This document shows, piece by piece, positions 17,978 to 26,886 of a stretch of DNA of 64,000 nt (position 1 is the stretch's first letter; the number at the start of each line of letters is the position of its first letter). The stretch is from NCBI GenBank assembly GCA_020056715.1, contig JAGVHG010000040.1:11920-75919 (forward strand). The letters run 5' to 3'. Origin of the DNA: Phycisphaerae bacterium (GTDB taxonomy: Bacteria > Planctomycetota > Phycisphaerae > UBA1845). Below the pieces are notes generated by a model. That model did not search any database and was not told the DNA's origin. It was given only the letters and a program-made list of their open reading frames with translations. Both the position numbers and the translations under genes were made by a program.

Positions 17978-19235
17978 CTATTGCTTGAACCAGCTCCGTC
18001 TGCTCGCGGGTGAACGCCGGAGGTCTGGTGGTCAGAAGAAACGGACGGTGTTGGGATACGCTGATTAGCAGCGCGACGCCTATCAGATTGCATAGCAGGC
18101 TGCTTCCCCCGTAGGAGACAAACGGCAAGGTCATCCCCGTCACCGGCAGAAGCCCCATGGTCATCCCCATGTTCACGACGGCCTGCGAGGTGATGAGGGT
18201 CACCAACCCCACGGCAAGCAAACGAGCGAACGGCTCGGTGGTTACTGATGCAATGCGCACCCCGGCGACGGCGATGGCTGTAAAGCATCCCAACACTATC
18301 GCGCAACCGATCAGCCCCCACTGATGAGCGATGATCGCAAAGATGAAATCATTGTGTCGATCGGGCAGAATGGTGTTCTCGACGTAGACGCCTTTGCCCC
18401 AACCGTTTCCCCAAATCCCTCCGCTGCCGATGGCGTTCTTGGAGTGAACGAGCTGATAGCCGGCGCTCGCCGACCATTCCAATGCCTGGCGCTTCGTCGC
18501 CAGCAGTGTGTATGCTTGCGGATCGTCGATTACCGCCTTGCGAAGTTCGTCGGACTGCAGCAGCACCGCGGTTATGCGAAGTCGCTGGTAGCTCTCGATG
18601 TGCCCCCACGCCAACGGAGCGGCCGCCAGCCCCGCAAGAACGAAGACGGCGAGATATCTTTTTTTCGCACCGGCTGCGAAGAGCATGGTGAAGAGCACCG
18701 GTACCAGCAGCATCGCCGTGCCCAGGTCCGGCTCCAGGAGAATCAATGCGATCGGCGCGGCCGAAACAATCACCGGCAACAGCACTCCGCCGAAACCACC
18801 TACTTTCTTGCGAAAACGCAGATACCACGCCAAGGCCAGCACATAGGCGATCTTCATGAACTCCGAAGGCTGCAAGAGAAATCCGGCAAGGTGAATCCAG
18901 CGGTAGGCGCCGTTACGCGGCGCGGTCAGCCCACCGAAACTCGAATGCAAAACCTTGGCGACAACCAGCGGAACCAACCCGGCAAGGCACACTACAAAGA
19001 GCGAGTAGGAATATCGCCCGATGGTCTGATACCCGATCCTAAGCACGATTGCCGCCAGAAAGAAACCGAGCACGACGCGCACCGCCTGCTTCGCGGCGTT
19101 GGCCGGCCCGTCATTTCCGCTGGCGTAGTGCGTGTCCGTGACGTAGATGCTGGCGATGCCCACCAGGGTAAGGATGGCGACTGCCGAGCCGATCGCCCAG
19201 CCGGGGTTCGTCAAATCGTAGGCAGCGCGTCTCAC
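17949..19235 (-). CDS. rodA: SEDS-family peptidoglycan polymerase RodA (FtsW/RodA/SpoVE)
   Basis: 10-TM profile, conserved LPFVSYGGSSLL near the C-terminus, located immediately downstream of PBP2. GTG start. Confidence 0.88.
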   Translation of the reverse strand: MRRAAYDLTNPGWAIGSAVAILTLVGIASIYVTDTHYASGNDGPANAAKQAVRVVLGFFLAAIVLRIGYQTIGRYSYSLFVVCLAGLVPLVVAKVLHSSFGGLTAPRNGAYRWIHLAGFLLQPSEFMKIAYVLALAWYLRFRKKVGGFGGVLLPVIVSAAPIALILLEPDLGTAMLLVPVLFTMLFAAGAKKRYLAVFVLAGLAAAPLAWGHIESYQRLRITAVLLQSDELRKAVIDDPQAYTLLATKRQALEWSASAGYQLVHSKNAIGSGGIWGNGWGKGVYVENTILPDRHNDFIFAIIAHQWGLIGCAIVLGCFTAIAVAGVRIASVTTEPFARLLAVGLVTLITSQAVVNMGMTMGLLPVTGMTLPFVSYGGSSLLCNLIGVALLISVSQHRPFLLTTRPPAFTREQTELVQAIEKLEERRER

Positions 19236-19261
19236 ATGTACACGGGTCGATCAATGAACCT

Positions 19262-19329
19262 CTGGTGCGAGAATGGATTCTCGCACCAGCAAGGATTCTC
19301 GCACCAACGAGGATTTTCGCACCAGCACG
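19262..19329 (+). repeat. family D element (hairpin plus three 18-nt tandem units) in the mrdA-rodA intercistronic spacer
   Basis: ctggtgcgagaat-gg-attctcgcaccag is a hairpin. It is followed by gcaaggattctcgcacca / acgaggattttcgcacca. 28 nt are identical to the reverse complement of 63246-63273 inside pilM. Confidence 0.7.
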
Positions 19330-19337
19330 GCGTCCAA

Positions 19338-21503
19338 CTACTCACCGAGCACGTCCAACGCTTCCGTCGCAACCTGCGTCGCAAGCGGCCCGGAGGTCTG
19401 CGCGCCGCTACCCCCGAACTCGATCAACACAGCCAAGGCGATCGGCGCTTCCCTAGACCAATCCGGTTGACGGTGTGCATCCAACGGTTGAAGGAACGCT
19501 CCGAACCAGGCATGGGAGTATTTTTCGCCATCGGGGGAAGGATAGGGCGGCCAACGACCGGCCACCTCCACGCGGGCGGGATCGAATTTCCACAATGGGT
19601 TCTCGCGGCGGAAACGCTCGATCGCCGGTTCTTTGGCCGCTTCGCGCACTACAGCCACGCCTTTGACCCCGAATTCGTCGACGTACGGAACCCGATACGA
19701 CGTCGGCCAGGGATGCACCGTCGCGCTGCCCGTCTTTCCGCACAGTGCGTAACGATCGTTTTCAAAGTGGACGTACTTGTGGGCCGTCCCCTCCGGGTCG
19801 TTTACCACTCCATAAATACCTCGGCGGATCGCCAACCATTGATCGTTCGTGGCGGGGAGCTTCCATTCCGGCGAGGGAGTCGCCGTGTCGATCAGCGTCA
19901 CCGGTCGATACCGTCCGCTTGCGTAGGTCGCCATCATGTTTGCGACCTGCACCGGTGTCATCGCCAGCTCGCCCTGCCCGATGGCAAACAGACGGGCCGT
20001 GCCTGGCACGGACTGATGTTTGTTGGCCATCAGCCAGCCCGGAGTGGGATTAATTCCGGCCGCATCCTCACGAAGCCCGATCCCCGACCCTCGGCCGACA
20101 CCGGCCATGTCGAAAGTGTTGCACAGCCGATCGACACCCAGCCGCTCGCCCAACCGGTACATAAAAACATTGCAACTACCGGTGAGCGCTTCCACCAGAT
20201 TGATCGACCCGTGGGCCTTGCGGGTGCTGGTTCCCCTCACCTCCCAACAGCGCCAAGCATCGTGGTTCTCCTCCGACAGATACCCCGTACAGTTCTCCCG
20301 GCTATCCGGCGTGATCCGCCCGTTCATCAAGCCGGCGAGACAGACCAATGGTTTGATCGTGGAACCCGGCGGATACCTACAATTCACCGCCCGGAACAAC
20401 AGCGGCAGCCGGTCGGTATCGTCGCGAAGATCGGTGTAAAGTTCCTCAAAATGACTCGGATCGTAGGAGGGATACGACACGAGCGCAAGCACATTCCGCG
20501 TCCGAACATCGAGGACCACGATCGCGCCGCCGGAGGATGCGGGGTGTTGATGGACGGTGTTCCCGAGCAGCCGATACAGACGTCGCTGCAACGGGCCGTT
20601 AATTGTTAAGGTCACGTCCTTCCCGTGCTCGGCCTCGATGTCTTCGATCACCGCGTTGTCCAGGTCGAGCGTGATCTGCCCCCGCCGACCGCGAAGCATC
20701 CGCTCTGCGGCGTATTCCACCCCGCTGGTTCCGATCCGCTCATCGGCTCGATATTCGGCGAAGGGATCGTTCGCTTCGGGGTCCGAGGCGACGTCATCGG
20801 GATCAATTCGACCCATTCGTCCCAATACGTGTGCGAATGGCTCGGCATCGACGGCGAACCGCCGCGCCGACGAGGCCTCGACATGGACCCACGGGTAGCG
20901 GGCGAACATCTCTCGTGCCGTGATTTGCTGGTCCGCGTCGAGTCCGGTCAGGACGGCGTGGGGTTGTCCCTCCTCTGCCACCGGAGCGTCAAAGCCTCGC
21001 CGAACGGCGACCGCGGCGCGGATTCCGGCGATACGGTCATAGATTTCCCGTGCTCGCGTGCGAAGCACGAAGGCCGATTGTGGTTCGGGCGATCGCGCGG
21101 TGAGCGAAGATAACTCCTCCCACATGGCCGCAATCTCTTCTTGTAATGTGGCTTGGACCTGCTCGTCGGGGACCGTTTTTACAAAGGGATATCGTCCCGC
21201 ACGCTTCCAGCGCTTGATCTCGCGCTTGATCGCTGACGGGGCTTCCTCGCAGGCCGCGGCAATCACACCATAGTCGATCGTAAGGTTCCAGCACGGCTCA
21301 TCGCTCACCAAGACCTCGCCGTTGCGATCGCGAATGCTTCCCCGAACGAATGGAAGTTGAGTCGGAGTGAGAATGAGTGAACGCTCGGTCCGCTGTCGGT
21401 AGTAATCGGCGTGGACGATTTGCAATTGCCCCAACCGGACCAGCAAAACCAGCGCCCCGAGGGCCAGCACACCTAGCAAAACTCGCAACCGCTTCTCAAA
21501 CAT
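19338..21503 (-). CDS. mrdA: penicillin-binding protein 2 (elongasome transpeptidase)
   Basis: N-terminal TM helix (LRVLLGVLALGALVLLV), dimerisation domain, transpeptidase motifs STIK, SCN and KTGS. Start ATG 21503 (MFEKRL) overlaps the mreD stop by 8 nt. The alternatives 21533 or 21656 are less likely. Confidence 0.88.
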   Translation of the reverse strand: MFEKRLRVLLGVLALGALVLLVRLGQLQIVHADYYRQRTERSLILTPTQLPFVRGSIRDRNGEVLVSDEPCWNLTIDYGVIAAACEEAPSAIKREIKRWKRAGRYPFVKTVPDEQVQATLQEEIAAMWEELSSLTARSPEPQSAFVLRTRAREIYDRIAGIRAAVAVRRGFDAPVAEEGQPHAVLTGLDADQQITAREMFARYPWVHVEASSARRFAVDAEPFAHVLGRMGRIDPDDVASDPEANDPFAEYRADERIGTSGVEYAAERMLRGRRGQITLDLDNAVIEDIEAEHGKDVTLTINGPLQRRLYRLLGNTVHQHPASSGGAIVVLDVRTRNVLALVSYPSYDPSHFEELYTDLRDDTDRLPLLFRAVNCRYPPGSTIKPLVCLAGLMNGRITPDSRENCTGYLSEENHDAWRCWEVRGTSTRKAHGSINLVEALTGSCNVFMYRLGERLGVDRLCNTFDMAGVGRGSGIGLREDAAGINPTPGWLMANKHQSVPGTARLFAIGQGELAMTPVQVANMMATYASGRYRPVTLIDTATPSPEWKLPATNDQWLAIRRGIYGVVNDPEGTAHKYVHFENDRYALCGKTGSATVHPWPTSYRVPYVDEFGVKGVAVVREAAKEPAIERFRRENPLWKFDPARVEVAGRWPPYPSPDGEKYSHAWFGAFLQPLDAHRQPDWSREAPIALAVLIEFGGSGAQTSGPLATQVATEALDVLGE

Positions 21504-22038
21504 CCGCCCCTCCCCGCGACGCTGCGCCCGCATACGAGTAACGCGGACGAGGAATCCCCAACGGTCGTGACATCCATTGCAGAACGCGGAAGGCGAACGG
21601 CGCCAATGCTGCGGTGTAAGCGGATACGACAACGCCGCCGATGAGCCAGTCGGCAAGCATCGGCCCCCGCGCTTCGTACAGCAGGTGGTAATACATCGTC
21701 CACGCCGTCCGAACCAACAGGCAGGCCGTCAGAGTAACGGCCGTCTGCGTTACCACACGGTATCGAAACAAATACTCGCGGAATGACGTGACAATTATCG
21801 CGGTCAATCCGTAGGAAAGAGCGATCACGCCGAAGCGCTCGATGGTCATGAGGTCAGCACACACACCGAGAACCCACCCGGCTGCAATCGCGTTACTCGA
21901 CCGTGCATAAAGACTCAAGAATACGACGACGATCAGCAAGAAATCCGGTCGAGCGGAGAACAGTTCAAGCCCGGGCGCCACCGCGGCTTGCAGGGTGAGC
22001 ACGAGAACGGTCAAGATCGCGAAGGTCAGCCAACGCAT
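21496..22038 (-). CDS. mreD: rod shape-determining protein MreD
   Basis: 180-aa, 5-TM protein MRWLTFAILTVLVLTLQAAV...PDFLLIVVVFLSL, positioned directly upstream of mrdA. The track ORF extends to 22473 through an overlapping frame of the HEAT gene and is not credible beyond 22038. Confidence 0.75.
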   Translation of the reverse strand: MRWLTFAILTVLVLTLQAAVAPGLELFSARPDFLLIVVVFLSLYARSSNAIAAGWVLGVCADLMTIERFGVIALSYGLTAIIVTSFREYLFRYRVVTQTAVTLTACLLVRTAWTMYYHLLYEARGPMLADWLIGGVVVSAYTAALAPFAFRVLQWMSRPLGIPRPRYSYAGAASRGGADV

Positions 22039-22057
22039 TCTTCTTCCCGCTCCACTC

Positions 22058-23170
22058 CTACCGGTCCTGCCTCGCCGGGGTCGCGGCGTAGGGCAAGTCC
22101 TTCTTTCGATCCGCATCGACGATGTCGAGAATCGCCCGTGCCGCCGAGACCTGCACGCGCGGATCGCGCGGATCGTCCAAAAGTTCGGCCAGCAACGGTA
22201 GGGCGTCGGCGCGTCCGATTGCTCCCAGCGCCGCGGCGGCAAGTTGTCGCGTCCGCAGCATCTGCCCTTCGACGGGATCCTGCGGATCGCTGCGCGCCGG
22301 TTGATCGCCCCGCAGCGCCCGCATGGCGGTCTCGAATCCCACATCCGAATGGAGCAACCCAAGTCCTCGCGCGGCGGCGAGCCGCGTTTCCATGTGCGTT
22401 GCGGTCGCGAGTTTGTAGCGGAAAGTTTCCAAATAAGTATTGTCGCTGGTGGCGGCCAAAGCGCTGATCGCAAAAACCTCGTCCGAGCCTACGCCGGCGC
22501 CGGTCATGAAGGTAAGCTCTTGCCGAGAGTCGCGGTTTCCCAGCCGGGCCATCGCCTCGAGGGAGTGGTCGCGTACGCCGGCGTCGGAGTCCTTCATCCC
22601 CTTTGCAAGGACTTTGACCGCCCCCTGTTCACCTAGAAGTCCCAACACCAGGGCCGCGTTTCTCCGCACCATCGCGTCGCTGTCATGGAGTAGGTAACCC
22701 GCCAAGTCACCCGAGCGTTCGGTATGCCCAAGTCGATGGCGCGCGAAAAGCGCCGCCACGCGGACGGAGGCGTTCGGATCTTTGAGACACCTTGCCACTC
22801 CCGCCTCGGCCCCAACGTCGCGGGCCTCACCAACCGCCACACACGCGGCGAAGCGCACCGCGGCATGGTCATCCAACAATGCCGAGCGAACCCACGGGGC
22901 CCCTTCATCGGATGTTCGCCCCGCAAGGGCCTCAACGGCCTCGACGCGAACCACCGGGTTGTGCCGATACCCCACCCCAGCCTTCAAGCACTCCATCGCC
23001 CGACGCCGCAGCTCGACCTGATTGCTCGTCTGGCGGCTGCTCACCGGTTGCACGCATCCGGCTAGTGCGATAGTCAACGCCGCTACGATGGAATATAGAA
23101 ACGCGAAGCGCCCATCGACCAATCGACATTCGATCCGCCGCAGGCGGAACAATCGACGTTCCATTCTCAT
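22058..23170 (-). CDS. HEAT-repeat lipoprotein
   Basis: Lipobox LTIALAGC. About eight HEAT/PBS-lyase-type repeats (e.g. DPNASVRVAALFARHRLG, DSDAMVRRNAALVLGLLG, DSDAGVRDHSLEAMARLG). Its ATG 23170 forms an ATGA overlap with the lnt stop. Confidence 0.8.
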   Translation of the reverse strand: MRMERRLFRLRRIECRLVDGRFAFLYSIVAALTIALAGCVQPVSSRQTSNQVELRRRAMECLKAGVGYRHNPVVRVEAVEALAGRTSDEGAPWVRSALLDDHAAVRFAACVAVGEARDVGAEAGVARCLKDPNASVRVAALFARHRLGHTERSGDLAGYLLHDSDAMVRRNAALVLGLLGEQGAVKVLAKGMKDSDAGVRDHSLEAMARLGNRDSRQELTFMTGAGVGSDEVFAISALAATSDNTYLETFRYKLATATHMETRLAAARGLGLLHSDVGFETAMRALRGDQPARSDPQDPVEGQMLRTRQLAAAALGAIGRADALPLLAELLDDPRDPRVQVSAARAILDIVDADRKKDLPYAATPARQDR

Positions 23171-24924
23171 TCCGCCGCGACCGCCCGTGCCCGCGCAACC
23201 CAATAGTCGATGTAGAGCAAGAGCCACACCAGCGCGCAACCCCATGCGAACCAATCACCATACCGGGAGTACATCGAGTACCGCGAATCCACGCTGATGC
23301 GTGAGATCGCGTATCCCGACTCACCGGGCCAGCTATTGGACGGATTGCCGCGAACCCGGTCGTGTACCCGGCCTGATGGCTCGATGAACGCACTGACGCC
23401 CGTCGTAACCGCCCGCGCGATTCCGACCCGGTTCTCGACGGCTCGAAAAACGCAAATGGCCAGGTGTTGCGGCTGTTGCGACCCGTGACCGTACCATCCG
23501 TCGTTGCTGATGTTGAGCATGAAGTCGACGCGCTTTTCGTTCGATCCGCCGGAGACGAACTCCCTGCTGACGTAAGGCATCACGTCCTCGTAACAGATCG
23601 GGACGCCGAATCGGTAGGAACGGCCCGGCTGCGATGCGGGTTCCATCGTGAAGCGTCGGAACTCATTTCCGGAAGTGAGCGAATACTCGAAACCTAGGTC
23701 AGCCCCGCTGAAGGGCATGATCCGATTCAGCCAATGGTAGACGAAGCGTAACCGCCCGAACCGAAATGGAACGACCTCGCCGAAATACACGAGGTGGATC
23801 TTGTCGTAGCGTCCCGGCTCCGAGCCATCCGGGCCAAACACCATGGCCGAGTTGTATCGCCATTCCGTGGCACGCAAGTCGTACGGCGTCTTCACGAGCG
23901 AGGCACTACCCACTACCACGTAGGCGTTGCCCCCGGTCGCATAGCGTTGAAATCGGGCGAAGCTATCCCGCGAAATTTGGAAGAAGTCCCGCGCCTCCGG
24001 GTTTAGGTACATAAACCACGGGGTCTCCGGCAAGAGTAACAGATCGGGCTTCTCCTTCGCCGCCTCCTCGAGCATCGAGAAGTACGTCCGCATCTTGTCG
24101 AGATCGTTGACGTCCGGCCCATCCACCGACACCAGGTAATCGCCTTGGATCACCGCGACCTTAGGGCCCTCGGTCGTCGTTCCGCGATGCAACTGAACTT
24201 GCCCATAGATCACCGTCGCGGCCACAAGCACGATTGCGAACCCGACGCTGAATCTAGCGGACCGCGCGGGCATCCCGTCGCTGCCGCTCCGTGCTCTGAG
24301 TCTGACCAGGATCACATCGGCGATAGCCCCGTTGACCGCGGCCACGACGAAGCTGACTCCGTACGCGCCGACCAGATCACTGATCTGGATCATCGTTAGC
24401 ACGCTATACTGACTGTGGGCAAGGTAGAACCAAGGAAACCCAGTGATAACCACCGCGCGGAGCATTTCGCTGCCCGTCCAGATGAGCGGGAAGACCACGG
24501 CCAGTCCGCCTACGGCGGATCGCCGTACGGCGTGGCGTACCGGGCACGCCACTAGGGGAAAGTACGCGGCCTGGTAGAGCGACAAGCCGAGGTACCCCCA
24601 TCCCGTAGCCGCGTACATCCAGCGCATGTTGATCAGGAACGACACCAAGCCCAGCATGTAACTATAGAAATAGACCCGCGGCGCTTGCGTCGTCCTGGCC
24701 GTCAGGATCAGCCAGGGAACCATACAAACGAAAGCCACCGGCCAAACGGAGATCGGCGCGAAGATGACACTCTGCAACAGCGCGCTAAGCAGGGCGAGAA
24801 CGGCGACGGCGCGATGGGTATTGATGGCAAACTCCGGCGCAGCCTCGGAGGGCACGCGGCGTGGCTTGGCATTCGGCGTGGTCGGATCGAGAGTTCGGTT
24901 CAACAGGCGTCCATCCTTGGGCAT
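23167..24924 (-). CDS. lnt: apolipoprotein N-acyltransferase
   Basis: Multi-TM N-terminal domain plus a CN-hydrolase domain with the E-K-C triad context (LLLPETPW, YDKIHLVYFGE, GVPICYEDVMP). Confidence 0.88.
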   Translation of the reverse strand: MPKDGRLLNRTLDPTTPNAKPRRVPSEAAPEFAINTHRAVAVLALLSALLQSVIFAPISVWPVAFVCMVPWLILTARTTQAPRVYFYSYMLGLVSFLINMRWMYAATGWGYLGLSLYQAAYFPLVACPVRHAVRRSAVGGLAVVFPLIWTGSEMLRAVVITGFPWFYLAHSQYSVLTMIQISDLVGAYGVSFVVAAVNGAIADVILVRLRARSGSDGMPARSARFSVGFAIVLVAATVIYGQVQLHRGTTTEGPKVAVIQGDYLVSVDGPDVNDLDKMRTYFSMLEEAAKEKPDLLLLPETPWFMYLNPEARDFFQISRDSFARFQRYATGGNAYVVVGSASLVKTPYDLRATEWRYNSAMVFGPDGSEPGRYDKIHLVYFGEVVPFRFGRLRFVYHWLNRIMPFSGADLGFEYSLTSGNEFRRFTMEPASQPGRSYRFGVPICYEDVMPYVSREFVSGGSNEKRVDFMLNISNDGWYGHGSQQPQHLAICVFRAVENRVGIARAVTTGVSAFIEPSGRVHDRVRGNPSNSWPGESGYAISRISVDSRYSMYSRYGDWFAWGCALVWLLLYIDYWVARARAVAAE

Positions 24925-24974
24925 CGAGTGTGGCTAGAATAGCTTAAGAAGTTCCCGTCCGCCACAATGGCTGA

Positions 24975-25028
24975 AAGATCGAAGTCCGAAGATCGAAGAA
25001 AATGACGGATTGGACTTCGATCTTCGGG
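24975..25028. repeat. family B (GATCGAAG) inverted-repeat element in the lnt/DUF885 divergent intergenic region
   Basis: ccgaagatcgaag (24986-24998) and cttcgatcttcgg (25015-25027) form a 13-bp stem. The same arms occur at 56132/56184. Confidence 0.65.
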
Positions 25029-25117
25029 TTTCTCATTGACGATCCTGCACCGGTACGGTATTTCTCCCTATCAAACCTCCCGCAATGATGGATTGTTGAA
25101 GATCATTGGAGTCACGT

Positions 25118-26881
25118 ATGCGTAGTAGCGATCGGCGTCTGTGGAAGCTTTCAGTGTTCGTTTTCGCGGCGGCAACTCGGACCCTGGGACAGACCGACCC
25201 GGCCCTAAAGTCCCTCGCCGATCGCTATTGGGACGCGTCGATGGAGCGCTACCCCACCTCGGCCACGGACCTGGGCGACTACCGCTTCAATGACCGCCTA
25301 CCCGACCTCTCCGAAGAGGCCCGCCTTCGCTGGAATCAGGCGCTAGAAGGGTTTCTGAAAGAGGTTCAAGCTCTGCCCGCGGCCGGGCTTTCCCCGGCGG
25401 ACCGGCTAACACGCGGTCTCCTCGAAAGGACGCTCCAAGACGGGCTATTCGAATTCGCCGCCCAACATGGCCAATACTTACCGTTAAACCCGTTGGACGG
25501 ACCCCAACTGCGCTTCCCGCTGATCCTCGTCTCCCAGCCGTTCCGGAGCACCGAGGACTTCCACAAGTACGCCGCGAGGCTTCACGCGTTTCCCAAGCAG
25601 GTCGATGACTTGATCGCCAACATGCGCAAAGGCGTTTCACTTCGGATCGTGTCGCCCCGCGTCACTATCGAGAAAGTCGTTCCGCAGATTCGCACGCACA
25701 TCGTCGATGACCCGGCACAAAGCGAATTCTACAAGCCTGTGCAGAGAACAGAGACATTGAGCGAGGCCGATCGGCAAACGGTCACGCAGGAGATCGTTCA
25801 AGCGATTCGGTCGGACGTGGCGCCCGCGTACCGGAAACTGCTCCAGTTCGTCGAAAGCGAGTACTTACCCGCGTGCCGCCCCACCGTCGGCATTGGGGCC
25901 GTGCCCACCGGCGACAAAATGTACGATGAACTGGCCTACCTGAATGCGACAGTCAAGGTAAACGCCGATGAGGTCCACCAACTGGGTCTGTCCGAAGTCG
26001 CACGCATCCGCGGCGAAATGGCCAAGGTCCAGAAGGAAGTCGGCTTCGAAGGCAGCCTAGACGACTTCCTCGCTCACATGCGCACCGACCCCGCCCAACG
26101 CTTCAAGACCGGCGAGGAACTCTACGCCGCCGCCGATGCCATCCTACAGCGCACCAAACCCCTGATGTCCAAGCTGTTCACGCGGATACCGAAGGCCGAC
26201 TGCGTGATGAAGGAACTCGAATCCTTCCGTGCTCCCGCTTCGCCGGTGGCGTACTACAACCCGCCGCCGGAGGACGGCTCGCGGCCCGGCTACTTCTACA
26301 TCAACACCTACAAGCCGGAGGAGCGATTGCGTTTCACGCTCGAAGCACTCACCTACCACGAGGCCATCCCCGGCCACCACTTCCAGATCGCCCTCCACCA
26401 GGAAAACACAGAGCTCCCCAAGTTTCGCCGCTACGGATCATTCACCGCCTACGTCGAGGGATGGGCGCTTTACACCGAAAAACTCGGCTATGAAATCGGC
26501 GGATACAAAGACGCCTATTCGCGGTTCGGGCAGTTGACCTTCGAGATGTGGCGGGCCTGTCGTCTCGTCGTGGACACGGGTATGCACACCAAGGGCTGGT
26601 CGCGTCAGCAGGCGATCGACTTTATGGCGAGTAATACGAGCCTCGCTCGTCTTGATATCGAATCCGAGATAGACCGCTACATCTCCTGGCCCGGACAGGC
26701 TCTTGCTTACAAAATCGGCGAGCTGCGCATCCTCCAACTCCGCCGCGAGGCCGAGGAGAAACTGGGCAAGAGGTTCGACCTCCGCGCGTTCCACGACGCC
26801 TTACTTTCCGAAGGCGCTATGCCGATCGACGTTCTTGAAACGCGGATGCGCACCTGGATCAGCGAACGTCAGAAGCAATAG
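25118..26881 (+). CDS. DUF885-family secreted protein (putative metallopeptidase-like)
   Basis: Signal-like N-terminus, conserved HEAIPGHHFQ block and the overall DUF885 pattern (YYNPP...GYFYIN...EAxxxHEAxPGHH). ATG 25118 preferred over TTG 25106. Confidence 0.75.
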   Translation: MRSSDRRLWKLSVFVFAAATRTLGQTDPALKSLADRYWDASMERYPTSATDLGDYRFNDRLPDLSEEARLRWNQALEGFLKEVQALPAAGLSPADRLTRGLLERTLQDGLFEFAAQHGQYLPLNPLDGPQLRFPLILVSQPFRSTEDFHKYAARLHAFPKQVDDLIANMRKGVSLRIVSPRVTIEKVVPQIRTHIVDDPAQSEFYKPVQRTETLSEADRQTVTQEIVQAIRSDVAPAYRKLLQFVESEYLPACRPTVGIGAVPTGDKMYDELAYLNATVKVNADEVHQLGLSEVARIRGEMAKVQKEVGFEGSLDDFLAHMRTDPAQRFKTGEELYAAADAILQRTKPLMSKLFTRIPKADCVMKELESFRAPASPVAYYNPPPEDGSRPGYFYINTYKPEERLRFTLEALTYHEAIPGHHFQIALHQENTELPKFRRYGSFTAYVEGWALYTEKLGYEIGGYKDAYSRFGQLTFEMWRACRLVVDTGMHTKGWSRQQAIDFMASNTSLARLDIESEIDRYISWPGQALAYKIGELRILQLRREAEEKLGKRFDLRAFHDALLSEGAMPIDVLETRMRTWISERQKQ

Positions 26882-26886
26882 GGACC

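Noticed and set aside
18324-20609. 761-aa + strand ORF, the second-longest class of ORF in the track
   Set aside because: It lies antisense to rodA and mrdA, whose minus-strand frames carry unmistakable SEDS and PBP2 motifs (LPFVSYGGSS; STIK/KTGS). The + frame product is low-complexity and Arg/Pro/Gly-rich, typical of stop-free antisense frames in GC-rich DNA.
22039-22473. N-terminal 145 codons of the track ORF 21496..22473
   Set aside because: They overlap the HEAT-repeat gene in another frame. The MreD homology begins at ATG 22038.
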